The position numbers and the translations under genes are program-made. A DNA stretch of 64,000 nucleotides from Bugula neritina (taxonomy: Eukaryota > Animalia > Bryozoa), in assembly GCA_964035545.1 (NCBI GenBank), contig OZ037765.1, forward strand, positions 8,876,698 to 8,940,697, read 5' to 3'. A model generated the notes under the pieces. It was given only the letters and a program-made list of their open reading frames with translations, was not told the origin of the DNA and did no database searches. Shown here piece after piece: positions 47,375-58,419 of the stretch. Within the stretch, counting starts at the first letter, position 1, and the number at the start of each line of letters is the position of its first letter.

Positions 47375-49235
47375 GTATATATATATGTATATATATAATC
47401 CTATAATAGTCCTGAAATATGTTTCTGTAAAATCATGTTATTATTGTTGTAGCTGATTGGTTGCGTACTGGTAGGATTTGGAATATGGATGCTGAATGGC
47501 CAGAACTCTGACAGTCTCCTTAGCGAGCTTCAGAGTACCAGTAGTGAATCTCAGCCTTCTGATTTCCCAGAGCATGTTGGAATTGTGCTGATCGTTGTTG
47601 GAGTACTCCTCGTGGTTGTGGGTTTCTTTGGCTCCAGTGGAGCAATTAGAGAGAGTAAAATCTGCCTCGTGCTGGTAGGCTATTCGCCATGTTTAAACTT
47701 GAATCAGTGAGGTAGGTGCAGTAATGGAAAAATTGGGAACAGCCTCTGTTCTAGAGTAGAAGCGTAGCAAAAGATGTTAGTAGTAGTAGTAGTAACAGTG
47801 GTAATAGTACCAGTACTAGCAGTACTACTATTATTACCACTACCACTACCAATACCAAACCCACTACCACTACTACTACTGCTATTGCATAAAGACGCCT
47901 CAGTCTGTCAGTCTGAAAATACTTAGTCAGTTTTAGGCATGGTATTTTTATCAACTACTCATCTTAGCTATGAAAATATATTATATGCAGGTAAAAAGTA
48001 GTAATGGTGGGAGGTTATCCAACCCTTGTAATCGTGTGGTTAGTGGTAACGCAAGCCATTCAAGATAATGATTAGAACAGTTAGTAAAAGTAACACATTT
48101 CAAGAAGGCAAGATTTCAGCACATAGTTTTGCTACAAAATGGCAATGAGCAGAGCTTGTTGATAAAGAATCATTTTTTAAGTATTGAAATGCACATTTCT
48201 TGAGTGAAATTCAGAAAAGCTTCAAAAGTTCGTAACCTTTAATTATCTCCAATTTTAGGCTTAAAAAAATTGCAAAAGCCAGTTCTTCAACATTTTGAGT
48301 GGAGAAATCTGACTTTAAGTTGCTGTTTTATATTTATATACTTACTGGCTTGCAAAATACCAAATTATTTGCATTTTCTACTCTATTAAACGAGCAATAT
48401 AAAATGCTTGCATATATGTATTAGCCTAAAGCTAACGCCCGAATTAAATTGTTTGCCACTATATATCTCTTTTACTATTAATTTAATTTTAAAATTGCCT
48501 TTTCAAAGCATAAAATAAAATTTATTTGCAGGATGTAAATACAGCTAGTTGTGGGTGTAGTGTGTTTATTACTTGTATATTTATACACTGTCTTGCTATG
48601 AATACTTGCTTCAGGACTTAATTCTCATCTCACTAAAGCTAGTTGTGGCTGTTGTAGATGGAAGACTACCCAAGTTATAAAATTATTTTAACATTTTTAT
48701 TTTGTAGTTTTTTATAAGCATGCTGATTTTCTTCCTGGCCCTGGTTGCTGGAGGTGTTGCCTGCTTAGCCTACAAAAGTGAGGTGAGTGAATCTACATGT
48801 TAAAAGAGACTGCCTCTACGTAGTATATGAAGCTTTACTTTTACTGTGTTCCTTGTTGAATTATTTTTGAGTGCATATTACTAGAAGAACTTAATTCCTT
48901 TAAACTTTGAAAATGTTTCTGAAACTGCATCAAGTTTATTTCTGGTTTAGTTGACTGAGTTCACCAAGCAAGCATTTCAAGACTCTTTTGATCAGTACAC
49001 GAATGACGACCCTCAAAGTTCGGTAGACCTTGTGCAGCGAGTTTTCTCTTGCTGCGGAGTCAACTCTTATGCTGATTACATAAAGAAAGATGTGCAGATA
49101 CCTTTCAGCTGCAAACTTGACAATACTACTGATGTCACTGAATTAGAAGGTTGTAGGGCTGTTGTGCTAGAGAAGCTAGATGAGAAAGTTATTATTACTG
49201 GTGGGATTGCCCTTGGGGGGGCTGGAGCTGCTATG
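45155..49235 (+). CDS. Tetraspanin duplicate (gene 2): candidate novel exon 1, exon 2, exon 3 and the first EC2 exon copy; terminal exon not found
   Basis: Candidate exon 45155-45358 (GTAGGT donor, phase 0), then 47453-47674, 48708-48782 and 48951-49235. Introns from about 44035 are homologous to gene 1. Frames are open and indels are multiples of 3. Confidence 0.75.
45879..46135. mobile_element. MITE-like insertion with 15-bp subterminal tandem repeats
   Basis: (GGTAAAAATGGCACA)x4 on the left and degenerate reverse-complement copies on the right. Absent from the homologous gene 1 intron near 37210. Confidence 0.75.
46916..47246. mobile_element. hAT (Charlie-type) MITE
   Basis: Termini CAGGGCTGTCC ... 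GGACACCCCTG with a perfect 8-bp TSD GTTTACAC (46908-46915 and 47247-47254). Confidence 0.9.
47256..47397. repeat. (TA)n microsatellite
   Basis: Directly visible. Confidence 0.95.
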
Positions 49236-49675
49236 GTAAGCATCTGGTTATGTGATGTAATAATGTTAACATATTATAATTTGTAGATTTGAATAATATC
49301 TCAAATTGGTTGATTTATTGTGTAAGCCAGCCAGCTACAATACCTGCTGATCTTCCATTACTGCTGAAACTACTTTTTTGTTGGCAACTGCAACCTGCAA
49401 TATTTGGGTGTACGAATATAGCCTTTAAAGATTTAAATAGCAACCTATATATGTTTAGCAATCTCAAAAGCTCTGAAGAGTTATTACACTCAGTGTCATT
49501 TACTTGAAAAAACTTAAATATTTGTTGAAAGGGACTGCTTGTACTTAGTATGAGACGCTTTACTTTTACTGTGTTACTTGTTGAATTTTTTTTGAGTGCA
49601 TATTACTAGAATAACTTAATCCCTTTAAGCTTTGAAAATGTTTCTGAAAATGTATCAAGTTTATTTCTGATTTAG

Positions 49676-49957
49676 ATGTCCGAGATCGCCTTGCAAGCAT
49701 TTAAAGACTCGTTTGATCTGTACACGGATGACGACCCTCAAAATTTGGCAGACCTTGTGCAGCAAGTTTTCTCTTGCTGCGGAGTCAACTCTTTTACTGA
49801 TTACATATACAGAGGTGTGCAGATACCTGCCAGCTGCAAGCCTGATGATGTCACTGATGTTGCTACCTTACTGGGTTGTGCTGTCGTTTTGCGAGAACAG
49901 CTAGATGAGAAAGTTATTATTACTGGTGGGGTTGCCCTAGGGGCTGGAGCTGCTATG
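49676..49957 (+). CDS. Tandem tetraspanin EC2 exon copy (4b, gene-1-like type)
   Basis: AG acceptor, GTGAGC donor, open phase-0 frame, CCG/PASC/GC motifs intact. Confidence 0.75.
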
Positions 49958-50401
49958 GTGAGCATCTGGTTATGTGATGTAATAATGTTAACATATTATT
50001 GTGGTATGTAAGTTTGAATAGTATCTCAAATTGGTTGATTTATTGTGTAAACCAGCCAGCTACAATACCTGCTGATTTTCCATTACTGCTGAAACTACTT
50101 TTCTGTTGGCAACTGCAATCTGCAATATTTGGGTGTAAGAATGTAGCATTTTGAAATTTAAATGGCAACTTATATATATTTAGCAATCTCAATAGCTCTG
50201 AAGAGTTATTACACTCAGTGTCATTTACTTGAAAAAAACTTAAATATTTGTTAAAAGAGACTGCCTGTACTTAGTACGTGAAGCTTTACTTTTACTGTTA
50301 CTTGTTGAATTATTTTCAAGTGCATATTACTAAAAGAACTTAATTCTTTTAAACTTTGAAAATGTTCCTAAAAATGCATCAAGTTTATTTATCTGGTTTA
50401 G

Positions 50402-50686
50402 TTGCCTGAGATCGCCCTGCAAGCATTTAAAGCCTCTTTTGATCAGTACAGGGATGACAACCCTCAAAGCTTGGTAGACCTTGTGCAGCGAGTTTTCTCT
50501 TGCTGCGGAGTCAACTCTTATGCTGATTATACAAAAAATGGTGTGCAGATACCTTTCAGCTGCAAATCTGGCAATACCACTGATGTCACTGAATTAGAGG
50601 GTTGTAGGGCCGTTGTGCTAGAGAAGCTAGATGAGAAGCTTGCTATTATTCCTGGTGGGATTGCCATAGGGGCTGGAGCTGCTATG
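50402..50686 (+). CDS. Tandem tetraspanin EC2 exon copy (4c)
   Basis: AG acceptor, GTAAGC donor, open phase-0 frame, CCG/PFSC/GC motifs intact. Confidence 0.75.
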
Positions 50687-50832
50687 GTAAGCATCTGGTT
50701 GTGTGATGTAATAGTGTTAACATAATATTATGATTTGTAGATTTGAATAATATCTCAAATTAGTTGATTTATTGTGTAAGCCAGCCAGCTACAATACCTG
50801 CTGATCTTCCGTTACTGCTGAAACTACTTTTT

Positions 50833-51487
50833 TAAATTCTTCAAGAAGCATATCTCTAGCTTCATGATCTTGATGTGTATGACTCAAGTTTTTTACATCT
50901 TGGGAAAACAAGCAGAAGAAATTCACATTTTTACAAATGATTTGTCGAGGTAATTTAAAATAATTTTGTGACAAGTGAAAGTAGTCGGCGTTACTGTGTC
51001 GTCCTCGTACGTAATACCTTTTGCAAGCGTTCTGTTTTTCCAACAACAAATCATATAACACCATCAGACTTTTATCATTGATGTCCAAATCTTTTAGATC
51101 GTAAACATCATCACCCCACCCAAAAAAAATCTGCGCCTGTATGGGTAATATTGTTTTTGTTCGTAGCCATATTTTCTAAGAGAGAATTTACATCCTACCA
51201 GAATTTATTACTGCGTCGCTATTCTTAAGAACTTTGAATATATCTACTTTGGGTAGTCCGAGCTCAAAAGCTTTTTGCATAATACGATTTTTGGGTTGAA
51301 AAAGAATTTTACCGTAAACCATAGGTTTATTGTAATCAAGCCGCCAGGGTTGTACAAGTAGATTACAAAGTAATGTAGTTTTATCGCATCCCGATTTACC
51401 AACAATAACGCCTCTCACGTTTTTAGGAAGTAGAGGGCTGTTGTTACAATTACTTTCGCTTTTCTAAGAAAGATTTTGTATATTCAT
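50833..51487 (-). pseudogene. Polinton packaging ATPase (A32/FtsK-like), frameshifted and C-terminally truncated
   Basis: PLLPKNVRGVIVGKSGCDKTTLL (mutated Walker A), LMVLYDLL (Walker B), RGRHSN, SQNYFKLP. Confidence 0.9.
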
Positions 51488-51502
51488 TTACTATAATAAA
51501 TG
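51485..51502. promoter_or_regulatory. Quasi-palindromic CATTTACTATAATAAATG providing back-to-back TAAATG starts for the ATPase (-) and PLA2 (+) genes
   Basis: Both start codons lie inside this 18-bp near-palindrome and share one TATA. The motif recurs at the other Polinton gene starts. Promoter function is inferred. Confidence 0.55.
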
Positions 51503-51963
51503 TATTGCTTCAAATGTAAGAATCTAACTAAAACTTATAATTAAGGAGAGTCTCCAAAAACGGAAAGCTAATGGGATATGGCTGCTGTAGTTTTTGTGGA
51601 GGTAAAAAGACTACTTTCTTTAAGCAAGGGTCAGGCGTTGTAAATAGTTTGATAAATAACCTACTCGTCAAATTACATTATCCAGGTCATAACTCTTTGG
51701 GGCCCGGTACCAAACTAAATAAGCGTCTTAACGATGACACGACGCCTAAAGAATGGAGCATACCGGTAGATTGAGATGATGCGATAGCTTGTCGCCACAA
51801 TTTGTGCTACGCGAAAAATAAGGACGGGAAGACTAGAAATTCTGTATGCAATAAAAATATGTTGGATGAACTAAAGGCTATACCGAATCCTACACCCGCT
51901 GAACAATGACACAGTCGTATTGCCGAGACAATAATAGGAATAAAAAAGCGCTTAGGGTGAGGG
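51500..51963 (+). pseudogene. Polinton/adintovirus PLA2 protein (N-terminal Cys zinc ribbon plus parvovirus-type phospholipase A2)
   Basis: MYCFKC...CSFCGGKK, PGHNSLGPGT (Ca2+ loop) and DAIACRHNLCY (catalytic HD changed to HN). In-frame stops are present. Confidence 0.85.
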
Positions 51964-51974
51964 CTTGAAAACAA

Positions 51975-52413
51975 GTTCGCTGGGCGAATGAATTAGCCGA
52001 AGAACCACATAAACCGGTACAAAAACAACTTCGTAAAAGACGGGTCTGGGTATCAAAATATTAATGACACCTGGGCAGCTGACTTGGTTGACATGACTGA
52101 ATTCGCTAAAGAAAATGACGGTTATAAATATCTGTCAACGGTAATAGACGTGTTTTCTAAATACGGTTGGATGATACCGTTAAAAAAAGACTGGAAAAGC
52201 AGTGGCTTTAGCTTTAAAAAAGATTTTAAGCTATTGCATAAAGGAGTTTTATAATAAAGACGTAAAGTTCTTAATAGATTTATATTTTACGGAAAATGAA
52301 AAAAAGTTTAGCATAGTTTAGTACAGAAGTGGAATAGAACTATATATGAGCGAATGTTTAAATATTTTTTAGCAAATAATATTTGTAGATATATAGATTT
52401 AATGAAAGACTTA
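51975..52413 (+). pseudogene. Polinton retroviral-like (rve) integrase, C-terminally truncated
   Basis: LAEEPHKP...TWAADLVDM...GYKYLSTVIDVFSKYGW...KEFYNKDV...WNRTI. Confidence 0.9.
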
Positions 52414-52751
52414 GCCTCGGGCCACACGGTGCGTATTTTCGCATGTGAAATTTGAAATCACAAGTAGCAAAGGTGTCCACTGTAGCGTCAGTGATGCGTG
52501 ATAAATGAAGCTTTCATTTTCAAATCGCACTCGCTTTCAATAAAATGCAATTTACTGGAATGTAGCACTAAAATAAAGAAATTGGGCTCGCTGAATAACT
52601 ACCAGCAAATTAGGTGATGACGACAGAAATGATTCGCACTTGCGTTGAGAATGCTAAGCGACAAGTGCGAATGTTTTCTCAATGCGTACAGTGGACACCT
52701 TTGCTACTTGTGATTTCATTTTTCGCATGCGAAAATACGCAACGTGTGGCT
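52414..52751. mobile_element. MITE with about 65-bp TIRs (PIF/Harbinger-like) at the end of the integrase remnant
   Basis: GCCACACGGTGCGTATTTTCGCATG...GGTGTCCACTGTA is mirrored at 52686-52750. The left flank is TTA and the right terminus appears clipped. Confidence 0.85.
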
Positions 52752-52754
52752 AAA

Positions 52755-53191
52755 GTATTTGAAAAAATTGACTACCCAGCAACTGAAGGACTCTTACAGC
52801 TCGTAACATGTAAGAACCCAAAATACTACAACAAAGACAATTAAAAGAACTACGGTAATATACTCGATAAGAGTGATGCAATTTATTTGGGTGGAAATAG
52901 GCCTATAGATAAAAATAGTGCTAAATGAAAAAACATCGTTACACCTATTTGGGAACAATTAAATCCAAAAAAGCTAGATCTGCCGATTATAAGAAAGCCC
53001 AAAGGCAGACTGGTAAAGGCATTATCTTTTTACCAAACGCTTTAGTTGAACGACTTCAACTTTTACTTTCTAGCATTCAATCAGGAAAAACAGGGATTGT
53101 TCAAAATGAGATTGTTGCGATATTAGATGAACTGCTTTGAATGAAGCATATTGATTGTGAGGAATATAAAAGTATTCTTTCGCAGGTATAA
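52755..53191 (+). pseudogene. C-terminal part of a conserved Polinton accessory ORF
   Basis: YPATEGLLQLVTCKNP...NYGNIL and GKGIIFLPNALVERLQLLLSSIQSGKTG...NEIVAILDELL, a motif pattern typical of Polinton proteins. Confidence 0.65.
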
Positions 53192-53194
53192 TAA

Positions 53195-53550
53195 ATGTAT
53201 GTTTATAACAAACAATGTTGTGTTCACAGGAACTATGCCGGTGGTGGAATATTTGAATTTATTGCTCGAGTAGTAAGTCATGTAGCGGGAAATGAGGTGT
53301 TTGAAAAACCGCCTCTGCAGCGGGAAAAATTTTTATAGAGAGCACAGCAAAAAAAGTTGGTTATGTAGCTGAAGAAAAATAATTGTTAGCGAAATTGACA
53401 GACTAGTAAATATAAAAATACTAGTCTAAATGCCAAGAGTCGGGATGTATTAAAAATTTTTAGTTAACCTCGAAATGTTTCTATTTGTAATATTTTAGAA
53501 AAAAGTGGACGAGCTATAGCCATTAAAGAACTTACCAGAAAATTAAATAG
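53195..53550 (+). pseudogene. Small Polinton ORF with amphipathic, Gly/Ala/Lys-rich segments (putative membrane-active virion protein)
   Basis: MYVYNKQCCVHRNYAGGGIFEFIARVVSHVAG...ASAAGKIFIESTAKKVG. It lies just before the MCP gene and is frameshifted. Confidence 0.5.
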
Positions 53551-53570
53551 ATAATTTTTTTGTTATATAA

Positions 53571-54807
53571 ATGTATGTGTTTAATATTACCCAAAATATT
53601 GTATCCGACACAAGCGTAGAGCGTGATCAAGTTCAAAAAAATACGAGCCCGTCATCGGAATGAATTTGAACAATTCCGGTTAAATTAGAATAGTTATTAA
53701 CCAGAAAGATTTATACGTTCAACCTAGTAAAAGTTATCTCATGATTGAAAGTAGATTGACAAAAAACGATGGGCCAGTGTATGCCAATATTGACATGATT
53801 TTTTTGATACATAATGGTATCGCTTACTTATTTAAAAGCGTTAGATATCAGATTAACGGACAAGACCTTGAGTATATAAATAACTCGGGTCATGCTTCGA
53901 CCATGATGGGTCTTCTAACTTATCCCGATGACTACGGTAAGTCAAGAGGCCTCAACCAATTATGGTCAAAAGACACCACCGATGCCACAGCTGCTGTTAA
54001 CTTGGGATTCCCTGCTCGTCAAGCCTATCTTATACAAAAGCCTGATCCTAAGGGATCTTTTAGTATTAAGGTGGATCTCAGACATTTGTTCGATTTGACC
54101 GATGATTATGACAAAGCTTTATATGGCATAAAGCAACAACTGACTTTAATTCGTGATACCGATGATAATGCCATCTTCAGAGCGAATGGCGTTGATGCCG
54201 GAAAATTGAACTAAGCAAGATTTCTTGGTGGGTACCGCACATAACGCCTAGCTTTGAAACGAAAGCCCAGCTTAACAAGATTATGGAATCCAAAGCTCGA
54301 ATTCCAATAATGTATAGGTCAAGATGGTGCGATAGTATCTCAGTGCCTCAACCTACTAGCCCTACTTGGCGTTTGGGTTCTAGAGGGGGGGCACCAAAAA
54401 ACCTCGCTTACGTAGGTTTTCAGACGAATAAGGCCGAAAACCAGGAAACGAATCTAGCTCTCTTTGATCACGTCAATGTCAAAAGCGTGCACGCGATGCT
54501 TAACAGTGAGCAACATCCTCAAATTGATTACAACATAGACTTTGCAAAAATAAAGTTTAGCAGGTTGTACGGAGATGCCGTTAAGTTTTGTGGAAATTAT
54601 TACAGTATAAACGAGTTGACCGCTTATTCTCTGCTCATTCTAGGCGTTAGCAAGCAGAGTGAATCGCTCAAGAATAGTGTAGCAAATATTCAACTACGAG
54701 TACAATTTAGCAAAAATGTAGCGACGAACACTCAAGCTTATGCGCTAATCCTGTCGAACAAAACCACGTCACTTAAGTCTGATGGAAATAATCTGCGAGT
54801 AGAATAA
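53571..54807 (+). pseudogene. Polinton major capsid protein (double jelly-roll, hexon-like)
   Basis: YEPVIGMNLNNSG...QPSKSYLMIE...HNGIAYLFKSVRYQING...DYDKALYGIKQQLTL...VGFQTNK...LFDHVNVK...AYALILS. Stops and frameshifts are present. Confidence 0.9.
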
Positions 54808-54821
54808 TTCTTGTAATATAA

Positions 54822-56509
54822 ATGGAAAATCTGTTGAGACAAGTTGCTGCTAATACTCTATGAGTATTGCCGTCAAGAGTGATGAAACTAAAATAATTAC
54901 AAATTGTAGCCCACCTATCGAACTAGACCGGTCTAAAAATTAGGAGATGACGCTCGTAGGTCTTGAGACCTATTATTCTTTTCCAAACATTGATGCGACT
55001 AAAAACGCAATCAAATGGTCATGAGACGGTGGGACCAACTGGCACGAATTTAAACTACCGATTGGCGTCTATGAACTTTCGGATATTGAACGAGCGATCT
55101 AAAATGAGGTAGTGAAAAATTGTGGTGCGAAAAAAGGCATCAAGATCCAACCCAACAAAATTACGCTAAAAGCCATTCTTAAGCTGAATGATGACTATCA
55201 AATAGATTTCAACATTGAAAACTCTTTACGAAATGTTTTAGGCTTTGACGCAAAAATTTGTGATCAATCTTATGTAGAACCAGAAAATGTAGATCTTCTG
55301 ATCTTAAAAGACTATGTGAATAGTGCCAGATAAATAAGCTAACAATTAATTATGAAAAAAACATCTTACATTATTTTTTAAGAACTATCAAAATAAATTT
55401 CAATTTAATTTAAAATTAACAATAAACGACAAACCAATAACAGCATGTTGACGAAGTAAAATTTTTAGGTGTGATAATTGATAGAAATTTAAACTGGTCA
55501 TCCCACATTCAGAAAATATTATTAAATCTTCGACCAATTTCGGGACTTTTTTATCGTTTAAATGCATTCGCTCCTAAAAAATTTTGATTTTGTTATACTA
55601 TTCACTTATACATTCTAGGCTGTGCTACTCTATAGAATCATGGGGGAATGCATCCAGGGTCCATTTTGATAGAGTGATAAAATTTCAAAAGAAAATTGTC
55701 TGTTTAATTCACCGCAAACTTTTTGGATACCATTCTAAAGACCTGTTTAGGAAATCAGACATTTTACCAGTTGAAAAGTCGTACAAGTACAAACTGCTAA
55801 TTAAAGCTCATAAAATCTACTATCCAGGAAGCTTTTCAACACACTCTCACCAACTACTCATCATAAGTTGCAATCTCTTCCTGTTCCATTTTGTCCCTCA
55901 TTTGCTGGTCAACGCACTTCCAATTTTGTAATATCTGCACTGTGGAATAAGTTGCCTAAATTTTTAAAAATTATACAGCTACTTGGTAAATTTAAACTGA
56001 AATTGAGGCATCACCTCCACTCTGTTGAGTAATCTGTGGTGCCTTGTACGGTTATGCCAACTTTGGGCCCGCGTACCACTAGCCCTGCTGTTTCGCACTG
56101 GGCCCCACCATCACTTCTGACAGCTTTATTGTTTATATACTGTTGTTTGTTACTATGTTTCCTTTCTAATTGTTTGTTTGCTCTTGTAACTTATGCTAAC
56201 TGTAAAACACTATATTATAATAAAAATAAAACACACACACACATTCTTAATATAAATACTATTCATGTCCACTTTGATGTAATCAGCGCAAGTTATGTGG
56301 ATGAAGCTCACAGACCAGTCATTTACTCATTTTTCCCCAACGTTGACCGCAGACATACAATAGTAGAAAAACCTCAAAACTTAGTGTATCAACCAGTGCA
56401 TGTACATTACATTCATGGTATGACCGTCACAATAACTAATCAAGACAGCAAGCTGTTGGCTCTCAGAAGCGAACAAATGTCTGTGAGATTTCATTTGAGA
56501 GAACAATAA
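54822..56509 (+). pseudogene. Polinton minor capsid protein (penton-like), interrupted by a LINE
   Basis: PPIELD...LETYYSFPNID...LPIGVYE...NVLGF...ENVD, then the insert, then ILNINTIHVHFDVI...VIYSFFPNV...IVEKPQNLVY...RFHLREQ*. Confidence 0.9.
55295..56242 (+). mobile_element. 5'-truncated L2/CR1-group LINE with 3' UTR and (CA)n tail, inserted in the penton gene
   Basis: HVDEVKFLGVIIDRNLNWSSHI...LLYYSLIHSRLCYSIESWG...FQKKIV. It ends in AATAAAA(CA)n and the penton frame resumes directly after it. Confidence 0.9.
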
Positions 56510-56521
56510 TTACCATAATAA

Positions 56522-57107
56522 ATCTCATACATCAAGTACTATGTAAATGTGTCAAAAGGACAAAAAAAAATTCGCAATTTCTACACGGACAACAAAGGCG
56601 TTACCATTCAATTTTCTTACCAGGATTTGTTGAGAGGAAACGACATAATCGCTATTACGAAGACTCAGTATTCGCATATAGATAAATTCATGGAAAATGG
56701 AAAAAGCTTGGAGATAAAAGTGTCACCGGCACAAGTAAAAGCTAATCTTAAAATAGAAGGTGGATTTTTAAGCGCTCTTCTAGGTCTAGCGATAAGATTT
56801 TTACCCAATATGGCAAAGACTATTTTATCGGGTTTAGCTGTAGGAGCTCTTTCCGGGGCCGCTAGTGCCGGTGTAGAGCGAGCTATCAAAGATAATGGTC
56901 TTTACTTGAAAAATGGTGGTTGCGTGTGCACCGTAGAACCAGTTTGTGGTGGTGGGCTTTTTTGTACATCAAACTACCTTACCTAACTCCTTATCCGGAG
57001 ACGAAGTGTATTTAAAAAGAGGTTCGGGATTTGTAAGAAGTGAAGTACTGATTTTAAGTCTAAAAAGTTAGTTTAAAAACATTTTTATTTTAGGAGCCAT
57101 TTTGTAA
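56522..57107 (+). pseudogene. Polinton protein-X-like core protein (GGFL amphipathic motif)
   Basis: The presumed ATG has decayed to ATC at 56522, in frame with the ORF. KIEGGFLSALLGLAIRFLP...GALSGAASAG and C-terminal FKNIFILGAIL*. Confidence 0.7.
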
Positions 57108-57236
57108 AAAATTTATATATTGAGAGTATGTTTTAAAAACTTGAAGCTTTTAAAACTTTTCTAATACGTTGAAGAATGCAATTTATTGTTATCAACCTTT
57201 TGATTGGCTACTCATGCGTTATTCCGTTAGACATTG

Positions 57237-58416
57237 TCATGGACATAAATGTATTATTGGTGCTGGGCTGGGCTCCAAAGACTCTATAATATTACTGTCG
57301 GCTGTTGACATTAATAATTTACCTGCAGTCGATGACTGTAACTTAGGAATAGCAAATTCTGATATACTTCTTTTCTGCACAATCTCCTCAACGCTTAAAT
57401 CACTCTCTATGACATTACCTTCGGTCATCAACATTAATAATTTACCCCCGGTTGGTGATTGTAGCTTGGAAATAGCGAATTCTAATATATCACTTTTCTT
57501 AATGATATCCTCAACGCTTGAATCACTATCTACAACATTACCGTCTTCAGTTAATATATTTAGTCTTTTACCGGGATTTTGTATAAGTGTCATAGCAGTA
57601 TTTTTAACCCATTCTTTTACGTTATTGTTGTGATTTTGCGGGTTTAATGAAATAGACAAGTAGTCTGCATGCCAATACTTGTAATTGTTGAATAAAAGTC
57701 TTTGTAAAATATTGATTCTAATAGTCTTTATTGATGTTTCCTCTGCGAGCTCCAGTGTTAGACTGATTCATACTAGAAAAACTCACGCTTTTATACAGGG
57801 AATTTCTCGCCACTTAAGAGGGGGTCCGAAGTTCGTACGAAGTTCGGAGTTCCGGCGACCGATGTCGGAAATATCCGGTCCGATCTCGGACAGGCTCCTC
57901 CGACATCGGTTCCGACTTTAGACGAGCTTCGGCTCACATAGTTAATTATTTATAAAACAAAAAGAAAAGTGGCAGGGAATACAACTCACAAAAACTATTA
58001 CAGTAAACAAACAAAAACAATAGGAAGGGCAATTCACAATCATTACGCTATTTACTACACTAAGAGCTTAGCTATAATTACAATATTTGAGGCATTAGAA
58101 AGCTACACAAGGAGCTTAGCTATAATTACAGCATTTACAGTATTTACAAAGTTACGCTAAGTCCATTATAATAGTGACGCGATATAATTACTAGAGCGTT
58201 AAAATCCATTACATTATCAACATACTTTTTTGTATCAGCGTCTTCAGCATCAACAGAATTCGCAACTTTAGAGACTTTGCTAATACCCATATCCGAAGTG
58301 CCAGTGAGCGTATTACCACCATCTCTCAAAACAAAATCATTATTCATTTTACCAATAACTGCTAATTGCTCTTTTTTGAGCTCGGATGATCCACCAAACT
58401 TGTATACCCTACTCAT
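57237..58416 (-). pseudogene. Polinton fibre-like ORF split by an insertion (about 57770-58195)
   Basis: The N-part has LTGTSDMG.SKVSKVANSVDAEDADTKKYVD (fibre-type DAxTKxYVD motif). The C-part has about 2.5 copies of a 41-aa repeat (KxLxxxTxDGNxxxS). Joining the two parts into one gene is inferred. Confidence 0.6.
57770..58195. mobile_element. Unclassified insertion with a GC-rich internal palindrome (57826-57932)
   Basis: Perfect arms ACCGATGTCGGA/TCCGACATCGGT inside imperfect CCGAAG...CTTCGG arms, plus a direct repeat GAGCTTAGCTATAATTACA x2. Boundaries are approximate. Confidence 0.55.
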
Positions 58417-58419
58417 TTA

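Noticed and set aside
47113-47398. YI-repeat ORFs
   Set aside because: Translation of (TA)n plus a hAT MITE.
56036-56242. Hydrophobic N-terminus on the penton C-terminal ORF
   Set aside because: It is the LINE 3' UTR read in frame by chance.
57131-57156. AT-rich palindrome as a bidirectional terminator between convergent Polinton genes
   Set aside because: Low complexity, a 1-nt loop, and possibly within the frameshifted fibre coding tail.
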